64,000 nt of DNA from Candidatus Obscuribacteraceae bacterium. GTDB taxonomy: Bacteria > Cyanobacteriota > Vampirovibrionia > Obscuribacterales > Obscuribacteraceae. Positions 29,455 through 38,638 of this stretch are shown in pieces. Under the pieces are notes generated by a model that saw only the letters and a list, made by a program, of their open reading frames with translations, was not told the origin of the DNA and ran no database searches. Positions within the stretch are counted from its first letter, which is position 1; each line of letters opens with the position of its first letter. The stretch lies in the NCBI GenBank assembly GCA_044229845.1, contig JBGASG010000001.1, forward strand, positions 224,001-288,000, read 5' to 3'. A program made the translations under genes and the position numbers.

Positions 29455-29472
29455 GCTTCGGAGGAAAATTCA

Positions 29473-30519
29473 GTGCCGGCGATTATTCTGGCAGGCGAAG
29501 AAGAGTTTGAAATCGCGCGACGCGCTGAGGCTTTAAAAAAAGAACTCGTCGACCCTCAATGGCTGAGCTTCAATTTTCAACGCCAATCGGGCGGCGGGCT
29601 GCGTGAAGCGATCGATGCCTGTGCCGGTGTGGCTTTTGGACCGGGCAACAAGCTGATTATGCTTGACCGGTGTGAGCTGTTTACCAAAAAACGCGGCAAG
29701 AGCGATGACGACGGCGAGTCTAAATCGGCTGCCAAAGCCGCGAAACTGCTAGATGATTTTGCCGGCGCCCTGCAAAATATAGCTCCGACCACCTATGTGA
29801 TCTTCGCTTGCACAGCCAATTTCGACAGCACGCTCAAGGTCTCGAAAGTGGCGGAGAAACATGCCCAGATCGAAAGGTTTGAAAAACGCAAGTACACCGC
29901 CGGTAGTGCCAACCGCGAACTGGTGACCTGGGCTGGCAAGGAAGCTCATCGGTTCAAGGCGGTTATAGACGACGACGCCATCTTCTATCTGGCGGAGAGC
30001 ACCGAAGTCAACTTGCGGCAAATGTCCAAAGAGATAGAAAAGGCTGCTACCTATGTATTGCCGAAAGAGCGCATTACGCTCGATGTAGTGTCCAGGCTGA
30101 GCCCGCACTACTCTCACGTTTTTCAGCTGCTCGATCACTGGGCCTACGGTCGCAGAGCCCAGGTGATTGGCAGCATCCAAGAACTGCTTTCCAGGCAGAG
30201 TGCATTGCCGATCGTGGCTCTCCTGCAGACAACTCTCAGCAAGTGGATCACCATCAAGGCTGAGGCTGAGCGCATCGAAGCCAGTGCACCAGCAACTCGT
30301 GGAGGACGCCGCCAGATTCCCTTGCCCGACCTGGCAAAGCGCATCGCGGCTGACTTGAGGATGAATGCCTGGGTGACCGAGATGGAGTTAAAGCGTATGA
30401 AGATGCTGACTCTAAGCGAAATTGTCCAAAAAAAATCACAACTCACCCAACTTGAGTTGCAGATGAAGACTGGACAGATGCCTGAGCAGGACGCGCTTAT
30501 CGTGTTTTTTACCGTCTGA
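29473..30519 (+). CDS. holA: DNA polymerase III delta subunit
   Basis: IILAGEEEF, FNF, AFGPGNKLIML, EIEKAATY...ITLDVV and QMKTG; size matches. Confidence 0.8.
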   Translation: MPAIILAGEEEFEIARRAEALKKELVDPQWLSFNFQRQSGGGLREAIDACAGVAFGPGNKLIMLDRCELFTKKRGKSDDDGESKSAAKAAKLLDDFAGALQNIAPTTYVIFACTANFDSTLKVSKVAEKHAQIERFEKRKYTAGSANRELVTWAGKEAHRFKAVIDDDAIFYLAESTEVNLRQMSKEIEKAATYVLPKERITLDVVSRLSPHYSHVFQLLDHWAYGRRAQVIGSIQELLSRQSALPIVALLQTTLSKWITIKAEAERIEASAPATRGGRRQIPLPDLAKRIAADLRMNAWVTEMELKRMKMLTLSEIVQKKSQLTQLELQMKTGQMPEQDALIVFFTV

Positions 30520-30601
30520 TTTTCGTAATAATTTCCAACAGCATTGTTTACAGAGCTAGAGCTATGTTGGTTCTGGAAATGGTTCTCTGGGAGTTCCGGC
30601 A

Positions 30602-31069
30602 ATGCAACACGTCAGTCCGACCGATATAGAGAAGGCGCTTGTCGCTGCCAGCCGCCAGACGGCAGTCGATCTGGAAAGGATGGCGGAACGCGCTTTTGCT
30701 AACGGTTCTTACCATAACGCTGAGGTTCTACTGAAAAAACAGATTCACGCACTGCGTGATGCCGAAGGAGTCAATCTGAACAGCCCTCTGCAAGCCGAAG
30801 CAACGGAAGCACTGGGGACGGTTCTGGCGAAGCAGGCTAACTGGAAGGAAGCGGCGCAACTCTGGGAAGAAGCGTATCGCCGCTATGAAAAGGTGTTTTC
30901 GGTGGAAGGTCTGGATGATACGTCATCCGAATTTTCCGATACCACATTCCGGCGTCTGGAGACTCTCGAAAGAGTGGCTCGCAATCTGGTTCTCGTCTAT
31001 GACGCACTGGGAGATATTCATGCGGCAGGCACATGGCGCATCCAGATTGATCTGCTTCACCTTATTTAG
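30602..31069 (+). CDS. TPR-like hypothetical protein
   Basis: TPR-like helices ALGTVLAKQANWKEAAQLWEEA and NLVLVYDALGDIHAA. Confidence 0.6.
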   Translation: MQHVSPTDIEKALVAASRQTAVDLERMAERAFANGSYHNAEVLLKKQIHALRDAEGVNLNSPLQAEATEALGTVLAKQANWKEAAQLWEEAYRRYEKVFSVEGLDDTSSEFSDTTFRRLETLERVARNLVLVYDALGDIHAAGTWRIQIDLLHLI

Positions 31070-31121
31070 TGGCACCTGCTCAACATTGACGCTTTAAGTT
31101 CAAGATCGAATGCCGAAGCAA

Positions 31122-31200
31122 GTGGGAGCTCCGGCGTCTTGCCGGCTTGGCTTCTTGTAAGCCGGCTGCTCAAAGCCGGTTTGACGGCCGGTGCTCCCAG
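31122..31200. repeat. REP/REPIN-like palindromic element
   Basis: GTGGGAGCTCCGGCGTCTTGCCGGC ... GCCGGTTTGACGGCCGGTGCTCCCAG inverted arms with an internal GCCGGCTT/AAGCCGGC stem, between convergent genes. Confidence 0.65.
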
Positions 31201-31252
31201 AGTGCTTTGCGTATGTCAGGAAGAGTGTTTTGCGTGCCGACTACGCACGGAA

Positions 31253-32044
31253 CTACGTGCCGATCAACGACTTGTCCAGGTCTTTGACGTCGCGCTCGAT
31301 GTTTTTCAAATCGTCGATTTTGTATTTGAGCTCTCTTTCGAGATCCGCTTGAGCTCTAGTTGTATCAGTATTCGAGGTCCGCTTAAGCGTGTCGATCTGG
31401 TATTTGAGATGGTCTGTTTCTTTCCAGATGCGATCGTACTTCTTGAGCAACTCCTGACGCTGGGCATTGATCGCTTTGTATGCTGCATCGTTCGTGGATG
31501 CCATTGCCGGCGAGGCTGCTCCGACCACGATGACACTGGTGGCGATGGCAACTGAATACTTCTTGAACAGCTCTTCATAGCGCGGCATGAACTCAGGCGG
31601 TTTCTCGCCTTTTAGCAATGCAGCTAAGACTTCCAGGTGAGTATGCCAACCTGCCGCCACCTTGGCCATGAACTCGGCAGGCAGATGGGTATGCGTTACC
31701 TGCAGCCAGGTCTGATCGGCGCCGTCAGGTTCAAGCTGGAACGTCACATGCGAATAAACGTTTTGCGAGGGTTCCACCCATGAATAGGCAATCACCCTTG
31801 GTGCAACGCATTCGCTGACCAGTCCGCGCGTGCAATATAGCTGGTCGTTCTCGGGATCGGGCGTGCTGAACTTCAGGACCACCTGACCGCCCTCTTCGCA
31901 AGCGAAGGTAACTTCGGCAAAAAGCCATTCGCCGATTGCCTGGGCGCTGGTCAATCGTTCAAAGACTGCTGTCGCTGAACCCGGCATCAGCTGCCGGATC
32001 TGAACGCTGTGCCCGTTCAGAATCGTGCCTAATTCTTCCGGCAT
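31253..32044 (-). CDS. SRPBCC/AHSA1-domain protein with a C-terminal hydrophobic segment and coiled coil
   Basis: AVFERLT...IGEW, PRVIAYSW, VTFQL, LQVTH and AAGWHTHLEVL. Start reassigned to MPEELGT, 2 bp after the upstream stop. Confidence 0.75.
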   Translation of the reverse strand: MPEELGTILNGHSVQIRQLMPGSATAVFERLTSAQAIGEWLFAEVTFACEEGGQVVLKFSTPDPENDQLYCTRGLVSECVAPRVIAYSWVEPSQNVYSHVTFQLEPDGADQTWLQVTHTHLPAEFMAKVAAGWHTHLEVLAALLKGEKPPEFMPRYEELFKKYSVAIATSVIVVGAASPAMASTNDAAYKAINAQRQELLKKYDRIWKETDHLKYQIDTLKRTSNTDTTRAQADLERELKYKIDDLKNIERDVKDLDKSLIGT

Positions 32045-32046
32045 GA

Positions 32047-32358
32047 CTAAATGTTGTCCGGCATCAGATCTTTGGAGCGCACCAGCAAGAAGTCGATCAA
32101 CGGACGTACCGACTGAGGAATGCTCGGGTCGTCGTACGTCACCGAGTGAATGCGGTGATCTTCGGTGACTATGTCGATGGCGTAGTAGTGCACATCGCGC
32201 GCGCCCGCAATCTTGGCGCTCTGCAGTTGAAGAATGCCGCTCTGTTTGACGAGCATTTCCAGCTCGCCGGCTTCGGGACCGGGGTCTGTAGCAGTGTCGA
32301 TGCTGCAACCAACGGCTGACGGTGCGAATCCACCGGTTCTGCGAAATGTCACTTTCAT
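32047..32358 (-). CDS. Emfourin-like (protealysin/M4 protease inhibitor) protein
   Basis: 103 aa with FRRTGGFA, ARDVHYYAIDI and HSVTYDD...PLIDFL, the layout of the emfourin family as I recall it. Confidence 0.7.
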   Translation of the reverse strand: MKVTFRRTGGFAPSAVGCSIDTATDPGPEAGELEMLVKQSGILQLQSAKIAGARDVHYYAIDIVTEDHRIHSVTYDDPSIPQSVRPLIDFLLVRSKDLMPDNI

Positions 32359-32539
32359 CTTCTTTGCCCCACGCCAAACTAACTGCTTTGAAAGGGCAAC
32401 TTTAGCACAGGCTAATACTAGATTTAAAGCGGCTCTTGATAGCCGTGATTCCTATTAAGTAATTCGGTAAAAACCGGCGATTTCGCGCCTCTCTTCATAC
32501 AATGCCCATTGCTAAAGACCGACCTGGGAGGTGCGTCCT

Positions 32540-33307
32540 TTGAAAATAGCCGTATGCATCAAGGCTGTACCGGACACCGAAGCTAAGATCAAAATCGCCG
32601 ACAGTAAGACCAACGTCGATTTTGCCGGTGTGCGTTTCATTACCAGCCCGTATGATGAGTTTGCCATCGAAGAAGCGCTCAAACTCAAGGAAAAGCACGG
32701 TGGCGAAACCGTGGTTGTTTCCGTGGGTGGCAATGAGGCGACTGAAGTCTTGCGCGATGCGCTTGCTCGCGGCATCGACAGTGCTATTCACATCAAGGAC
32801 GAAACCGGCTTGACTCTGGACCCCCTGAGCGTCTCCAAAGTCCTGGCGGCTGCCCTCAGCGACGGTTACGACGTAATCATGTGCGGACAGCAAGGCGTGG
32901 GCGGCGACAACAGCCTGGTTCCCCCGATGTTGGCTGAGCTTCTCAACATGGCGCAAGTCACTTTGCTGATGAAACTGGAAGTGGAAGGCAACAAATTCAA
33001 AGCCGAGCGCGAAATCGAAGGTGCTCACGAGACCGTCGAAGGCACGCTGCCCGCAGTCTTCAGCGCTCAGAAAGGTCTCAATGAGCCTCGCTATCCGTCG
33101 ATCAAAGGCGTGATGGCAGCTCGCAAGAAAGAAATTGCCGTCAAAGACGTAGCAGCACTCGGTGTATCCGGAACGGAGCCCAAGATGCGCGTCAAAGAAA
33201 TGGCGCTGCCGGTGGAGCGTCCAGCTGGACGTTTGCTCGAGGGTGATGTTGATGCGCAAATCAAAACCCTTATTCAGTTGTTGCGCAGCGAAGCCCAAGT
33301 CATCTAA
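32540..33307 (+). CDS. etfB: Electron transfer flavoprotein beta subunit
   Basis: KIAVCIKAVPD, YDEFAIEEAL, ALARGID and NEPRYPS. TTG start after GGAGGT. Confidence 0.93.
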   Translation: MKIAVCIKAVPDTEAKIKIADSKTNVDFAGVRFITSPYDEFAIEEALKLKEKHGGETVVVSVGGNEATEVLRDALARGIDSAIHIKDETGLTLDPLSVSKVLAAALSDGYDVIMCGQQGVGGDNSLVPPMLAELLNMAQVTLLMKLEVEGNKFKAEREIEGAHETVEGTLPAVFSAQKGLNEPRYPSIKGVMAARKKEIAVKDVAALGVSGTEPKMRVKEMALPVERPAGRLLEGDVDAQIKTLIQLLRSEAQVI

Positions 33308-33321
33308 GGAGAGCCGCCACC

Positions 33322-34308
33322 ATGGGAAATGGCATTGTCGTATTCGTAGAACAGCGCAACGGACATCTGCGTAAATCCAGTCTGGAAGCGCTTTCGGAAG
33401 CCCGGCGCCAGGCGCCTAAAGGTCAGAGCGAAGTGGTTGCAGTCCTGATCGGACACAACGTCAAAACTCTCACCCAACAGATCAACAAGTGCAAACCGGA
33501 CACCATTCTGGTTGCCGACAACGCAGACTTTGACGCTTACAGCACCGAAGGCTACGCCAACGTGCTGGCAGAAGCAGTGAAGAAACACAGTCCGCGTGCC
33601 GTATTCGCCTCGCACACAGCGATGGCCAAAGACCTGATCCCCCGCGTTGCCGCCCGCGTCGATGCGCCCTGCGCCTCCGACGTAGTCGAAATCAAAATTG
33701 CCGATGGCAGCGTCAGCGCCGTGCGTCCGATGTACTCAGGCAAGGTGCGTGCCACGGTCGAATCGACTGCGCCGACCACCTTCTTCACCTTGCGTCCGAA
33801 CGTGTTCGCGATTACCGAATCGGAAAACGGCACGCAAGCCGCTATCGAAGACCTCGCCACACCGGCGGGCACGGTACGCGGCAAGGTCACCGACGTTCAC
33901 GCTGCCGCCGGCGGCAAGATTGAACTTTCGGAAGCCTCGGTGATCGTCTCCGGTGGACGGGGTATCAAGGGACCGGAAAACTGGCCCGTGTTGCAGAACC
34001 TCTGCGACGTGCTGGGAGCCGCCCTGGGAGCCTCGCGCGCCGTCGTCGACGCCGGCTGGATCGACCACCAGCATCAAGTCGGACAGACCGGTAAAACGGT
34101 CAGCCCGCAGCTCTACATCGCCTGTGGTATTTCCGGAGCCATCCAGCACCTGGCTGGCATGAACTCCTCGAAAGTGATCGTCGCCATCAACAACAACCCT
34201 GATGCGCCGATCTTCAAGCATGCCACCTACGGCATCGTTGGCGATGTTCTGGAAGTAGTGCCGAAGCTCACCGACGAGCTGAAGCGCACGCTCGCCTCCA
34301 ACAACTAG
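33322..34308 (+). CDS. etfA: Electron transfer flavoprotein alpha subunit
   Basis: [17 protein letters not shown] and [29 protein letters not shown]. Confidence 0.95.
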   Translation: MGNGIVVFVEQRNGHLRKSSLEALSEARRQAPKGQSEVVAVLIGHNVKTLTQQINKCKPDTILVADNADFDAYSTEGYANVLAEAVKKHSPRAVFASHTAMAKDLIPRVAARVDAPCASDVVEIKIADGSVSAVRPMYSGKVRATVESTAPTTFFTLRPNVFAITESENGTQAAIEDLATPAGTVRGKVTDVHAAAGGKIELSEASVIVSGGRGIKGPENWPVLQNLCDVLGAALGASRAVVDAGWIDHQHQVGQTGKTVSPQLYIACGISGAIQHLAGMNSSKVIVAINNNPDAPIFKHATYGIVGDVLEVVPKLTDELKRTLASNN

Positions 34309-34328
34309 CCAATACAAGTTTGGGTCCG

Positions 34329-34380
34329 GGCACCAGAGATGGTGCCAGTGCCGCCGTCACCACCTGTGGTTACGGCGGCA
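34329..34380. terminator. Tandem hairpins between convergent etfA and protease genes
   Basis: GGCACCA-gaga-TGGTGCC and TGCCGCCGT-c-ACCAC-ct-GTGGT-t-ACGGCGGCA; no strong U-tract. Confidence 0.5.
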
Positions 34381-34394
34381 TTATGTTCAGACCA

Positions 34395-36068
34395 TTATTT
34401 GCCTGACCGGTACATCTCGGTGGCGATTTTCTGGAATTGGGCGATGGTCACCTGGAAGCTGCCGTCAGCCTTACCGTCTTTGGCTGTGCCGTCCGGATTG
34501 GTCGGTTCCGGCACCCAGCTGCCGCTGGGTTTATTCGGGTTGGTGAGGGTAACCATGCCGGTTTTGGAATCATAAGAAACCGAGTAAGCGTGCCGTCCCT
34601 GAATGCCGCTGCCGTGCTCTTGACCGTAGTCGGTGGCGATGCTGACGATGCGTCCTTCCTTGGCTGCTTCAGTCAGTTTGGCTTTGATCTGGTCCTCAGT
34701 CATAGAGGGCGGAGTGCTCGCTTCGGCCGGTTTGCCGGTGAGCAGCTCGATGGTCGGCTTGGACAATCCGCCCTGTTTCAACTCATGTTGAACTAAAGTC
34801 GGAGGTGTGTCGGGCGAGTGTGCCATGTACTTGGCTCGCTCTTCCGGCTTCAGGTTGGCGATATATTGGGCAAATGCTTTCTCGATAATCCCGGCATTGC
34901 CCTTAGCGAACTCTACCTGTTCACCTTCTGTAGGCTTATCGATGGTGACCGGGTGAGTTGGGTCGCCTGGGAAGGTGACGGTTACTTTGCCGTTGCCCTC
35001 GTCTTTGATCATGTTTTGAAGAGCATTGGGATCTTGCTTGTGAAGAGCTTCCAGCGGCCCGAGCAAGAAACAGTCGCCGTCGTCGCCCTGATTGACGGCA
35101 TAGTCAGAACGCGAACGATCGGTGTGCGTGTTGATGCTCTCTTGCATCTGATTGATCAAGGGTGCCTGCCCGCCGGCATATTTTTCCAGGTCAAGCTTGC
35201 TCACATAGTCAGGAACCTTGCCGTTCTCATCGGGCTGGGGCTTTTGAGTGTATCCGGGATAGACACCGCCACCTCCCGCATCCATCGCTGGCACTTCGTC
35301 ATCTGTGGTGGCTCCTACGTCTTTAAACTTCTCCTTCAGTTTCTCAAGACTGGACCGCTGCTCCGGTGTCCAGTCATCACGCTTTAGTGCGGTTTCAAGC
35401 TCGTCTTTGGTGATGCAATTGTCTTCGTTGCCGTCCAATTTCTTCATCAAGTCTTTGCCGGCGAGACTGGAGATGCCGAGCTTTTCTTTGACCTCCGGGC
35501 TGTCTTGCTTGCCGGCTGCTTCTTCAATTGCTTTCAGGCTGTCGCGTGTGATGCCGCCCGGCTTCTCGCTGTCTTTTGTGCCTCCGAACTGATCGCGCAT
35601 GTCCCCGACCAGACCGTTTGCCGACGCCAAGAAAATGGCACCATTACCGGTGGCTAGTTTGGGGTCGAGTAATGCCTGGTCCATTTCCTTCTGCGTGATG
35701 GTGCCGTCTCCGTCCTTATCGACCTTGTCGAAGTTGTCCTTGAACCAACTCGTCATCTGCGAAACGGAGGGGCGGTCGCCGGCGGCATTCTTGGCGGCAG
35801 CAACATTTTTCGGAGCGGCGTCGCCGATGGCTGTTTGAGTCAACTTCGGAGAACCGAAATCGATAAATCCGGAACTGTTGTCCACGTTGAACTTGGGAAA
35901 GCCCAGGGAAGACTGTTGGTCCAGCGGAAGCGAACCGGGATTAGACGGCGGCGGTGGTGCCACCATGTGATCGCTTGCCTCAAACGACGCCGCACCATCT
36001 TCCGGGGGAAGATCGCGCTCAACGTCGTCGTTAGCAGCCCGAGGGCTTCTATCGTCGACTTCTGCCAT
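34395..36068 (-). CDS. EF-hand-containing calpain-like (C2/papain-fold) cysteine protease
   Basis: EF-hand loops DKDGDGTITQKE and DGNEDNCITKDE. Catalytic QGDDGDCF, IIEKAFA, HAYSV and LTNP. Start reassigned to MAEVDD. Confidence 0.75.
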   Translation of the reverse strand: MAEVDDRSPRAANDDVERDLPPEDGAASFEASDHMVAPPPPSNPGSLPLDQQSSLGFPKFNVDNSSGFIDFGSPKLTQTAIGDAAPKNVAAAKNAAGDRPSVSQMTSWFKDNFDKVDKDGDGTITQKEMDQALLDPKLATGNGAIFLASANGLVGDMRDQFGGTKDSEKPGGITRDSLKAIEEAAGKQDSPEVKEKLGISSLAGKDLMKKLDGNEDNCITKDELETALKRDDWTPEQRSSLEKLKEKFKDVGATTDDEVPAMDAGGGGVYPGYTQKPQPDENGKVPDYVSKLDLEKYAGGQAPLINQMQESINTHTDRSRSDYAVNQGDDGDCFLLGPLEALHKQDPNALQNMIKDEGNGKVTVTFPGDPTHPVTIDKPTEGEQVEFAKGNAGIIEKAFAQYIANLKPEERAKYMAHSPDTPPTLVQHELKQGGLSKPTIELLTGKPAEASTPPSMTEDQIKAKLTEAAKEGRIVSIATDYGQEHGSGIQGRHAYSVSYDSKTGMVTLTNPNKPSGSWVPEPTNPDGTAKDGKADGSFQVTIAQFQKIATEMYRSGK

Positions 36069-36245
36069 TAGTAAGAAGGTGGATCGAAGGGGGATGCTGG
36101 TACTTGCGATAGACCAGGCTGCCACGATACGAAAAATTTGTGACCGAATTGTGGAACGGCGTACCATTCATATTAAATCGATGATTGGAATCGCCTGAGA
36201 GCGAAGGTGCCATCAATTCCAATTCCTGGGAGGACGACGACTGAG

Positions 36246-37481
36246 CTACTTGCTCAATGCTACGCTGCGATCGAATTTCCTGGCGACGTATTCATTTAGA
36301 AGCGCAATGAAATCACTGACCAGGGTCGGCCCTTGTAGGGTCGTTACGTGTTCCCCATCTATGTAGACGGGAGCGCGCGGTTCTTCACCGGTACCCGGCA
36401 GCGAAATGCCGATATCGGCATGCTTAGATTCGCCTGGACCGTTGACGATGCAGCCCATGACGGCGACTTTCATGTCCTCGACGCCGGGATATTGCTCTGC
36501 CCAGACTGGTCGTTGTACTTGCAGGTAATCTTGAATCTGCTGTGCCAACTCTTGGAACAGCGTGCTGGTCGTACGACCGCAACCGGGGCAGGCTGTCACT
36601 TGCGGAGCGAATGAACGCAACCCCAGCGACTGTAATATTTGCTGGCAGACGATCACTTCCTGGGTGCGGCTTGAACCTGGTTCCGGCGTCAGGCTGACCC
36701 GAATCGTGTCGCCGACGCCTTCGGCGAGCAGTATGGACAGGGCGGCGCTGGAACTGACGATGCCTTTTGTTCCCATGCCTGCCTCGGTGAGACCGAGGTG
36801 CAGTGCGTAATCGCAGCGAGACGCCAGGCGCCGATAGACTTCCAGAAGATCAGGGACTTCCGAAACTTTGGCGCTGAGAATGATCTTGTCGTGTGCCATG
36901 CCGAGCGATTCGGCAGCTTGAGCCGATTCTATGCCGCTGGTCACAATCGCTTCGATCAACACTTCGTGCGCATCTTTCGGCTCGGACAACCTGGCGTTGT
37001 CGTCCATCATGCGTGCCAGCAGGTCTTGATCGAGAGACCCCCAGTTGACGCCGATGCGCACCGGCTTGTCGTACTTCAACGCCACGTCGATCATTTGCTT
37101 GAAGTTTTCGTCGTGCTTGTGCGCGCGTCCGACGTTGCCCGGGTTGATGCGATACTTCGCGAGCAAGCGGGCGCAGTCGGGAAACTCCGTCAGCAGCAAG
37201 TGTCCGTTGTAATGGAAGTCACCAACTAATGGAACGTGGCAGTCGAGTTTTTCCAGCTGCGATACTATATGTGGTACCGCTGCCGCCGCCTCTCTAGTAT
37301 TGACCGTGATGCGGACAATTTCCGAGCCGGCATCAAAAAGTTCTTTGACTTGTTTGGCGGTTGCCGGTGCGTCTTCGGTGGCCGTGTTGGTCATCGATTG
37401 GACGAGCACCGGTGCGTCGCCACCGATCAGCTTATCGCCGACCCATACACAAGTTGCTTTCCTGCGAATTCTTGACTGCAT
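36246..37481 (-). CDS. ispG: (E)-4-hydroxy-3-methylbut-2-enyl-diphosphate synthase
   Basis: [38 protein letters not shown] and [11 protein letters not shown]. Confidence 0.95.
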   Translation of the reverse strand: MQSRIRRKATCVWVGDKLIGGDAPVLVQSMTNTATEDAPATAKQVKELFDAGSEIVRITVNTREAAAAVPHIVSQLEKLDCHVPLVGDFHYNGHLLLTEFPDCARLLAKYRINPGNVGRAHKHDENFKQMIDVALKYDKPVRIGVNWGSLDQDLLARMMDDNARLSEPKDAHEVLIEAIVTSGIESAQAAESLGMAHDKIILSAKVSEVPDLLEVYRRLASRCDYALHLGLTEAGMGTKGIVSSSAALSILLAEGVGDTIRVSLTPEPGSSRTQEVIVCQQILQSLGLRSFAPQVTACPGCGRTTSTLFQELAQQIQDYLQVQRPVWAEQYPGVEDMKVAVMGCIVNGPGESKHADIGISLPGTGEEPRAPVYIDGEHVTTLQGPTLVSDFIALLNEYVARKFDRSVALSK

Positions 37482-37582
37482 TTAATGCGGCTCCTGCGCC
37501 GAACACGCCATCTGAAAGATAGCACACCTGGGCGCGCAAAGCCCCACCGGCGCTTATTCTTTGCCGCATTTTTACCGGAGGC

Positions 37583-38074
37583 TTACTCAGGAGAGGCTTT
37601 GTTCCACAACTGTGGATAGTTTTCCTTGATGCTGTAAATAGCATCATTTGGTCCGATGATGATGTGATCGAGCACGCTAATGCCGATCATCTCTCCCGCT
37701 TTGATCAGCATCTCGGTCGTGCTCAGATCGTCGCGACTGGGCTCCAGCTCCGACCCGGAGGGGTGGTTGTGGCATACCAGGATGGCAAAACTGTTTGCCA
37801 GAACAGCTGCCTTAAAGACCTCTCGCGGGTGAACCAGCGAACTGGCGATGGTACCTTTCGATACTTCGTGCAGTCCGATCACTTCGTGTCGGCAATTCAG
37901 ATGCAGCGCGACGAATTGTTCTTCCGAAGCGTATCGTAATGGCGCCAGTAGCTGTGCGGCGTCGGCCGGGGTGGAAATGTGCTGCAACCGCGACATTTTG
38001 CGGTCACTGACCAGGCAAAGCCGCATCTGTGGCACTTTGTATTTAAGTTGCATGGAAATAGAGGCGCGTCCCAT
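37583..38074 (-). CDS. RadC-like JAB/MPN domain protein (JAB only)
   Basis: EQF...VHPREVFK...HNHPSG...PSRDD...LDHIIIG. Confidence 0.88.
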   Translation of the reverse strand: MGRASISMQLKYKVPQMRLCLVSDRKMSRLQHISTPADAAQLLAPLRYASEEQFVALHLNCRHEVIGLHEVSKGTIASSLVHPREVFKAAVLANSFAILVCHNHPSGSELEPSRDDLSTTEMLIKAGEMIGISVLDHIIIGPNDAIYSIKENYPQLWNKASPE

Positions 38075-38167
38075 CGGTGTACCTCAACAAGTTGCTATCT
38101 ATTTCTTTAACGCTAAAACCATGCCAAGGGTTCAATGCGCAGGCGATCTTTTTGTATAAAGCAGGGC

Positions 38168-38590
38168 ATGCAATTTCCATCTTATTTTGAAGCCGCTCGC
38201 GAGATGATCGCGCAAAGCACTTTTGAGGTCATGCCGGGCGTTTATGTCTATACGAAGTTGAAGTCATATCCGCCCAACGCCGGCGAACATTTTATGGTGA
38301 CGCGCGACACGGATGAAATCACGGTTGTGACGACAAGCGAAAAACTTCCGTTATTAGCTGATGATGATTTTCTCGAACGCAATCAGGACGACTATTTGTT
38401 GATCTCGCTCAACGTTTCCGTGCCTTTTTATTCCGTTGGATTTTTGGCGACAGTAGGTGATGCCTTCGCGCGCGCCGGATTGAACATACTTTTCGTGTCG
38501 ACCTATTCAAAAGACTACATGATGGTGCGGGCGGACCTGAGAGAGCGTGCAAGGGAGATTTTGCTGCAACTCGGGTTTCAGGAAACATAA
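38168..38590 (+). CDS. ACT-domain protein (CASTOR/ACT_7-like)
   Basis: DEITVV, VGFLATVGDAFARAGLNILFVSTYSKDYMMV. Confidence 0.75.
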   Translation: MQFPSYFEAAREMIAQSTFEVMPGVYVYTKLKSYPPNAGEHFMVTRDTDEITVVTTSEKLPLLADDDFLERNQDDYLLISLNVSVPFYSVGFLATVGDAFARAGLNILFVSTYSKDYMMVRADLRERAREILLQLGFQET

Positions 38591-38620
38591 AAGAGAGGCG
38601 ATGCTTGCGCACCGCCCCTC
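38589..38620 (-). terminator. Intrinsic terminator of the MATE gene
   Basis: Minus strand GAGGGGCGGTGC-gcaa-GCATCGCCTCTC followed by TTTT; GNRA loop. Confidence 0.7.
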
Positions 38621-38638
38621 CGTTTCTTCCAGAGATCT

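Noticed and set aside
32045..32377. N-terminal extension of the SRPBCC ORF in the ORF track; similar extensions at 1824..2024 and 59872..60183
   Set aside because: They overlap genuine genes in other frames or strands, and better downstream starts exist.
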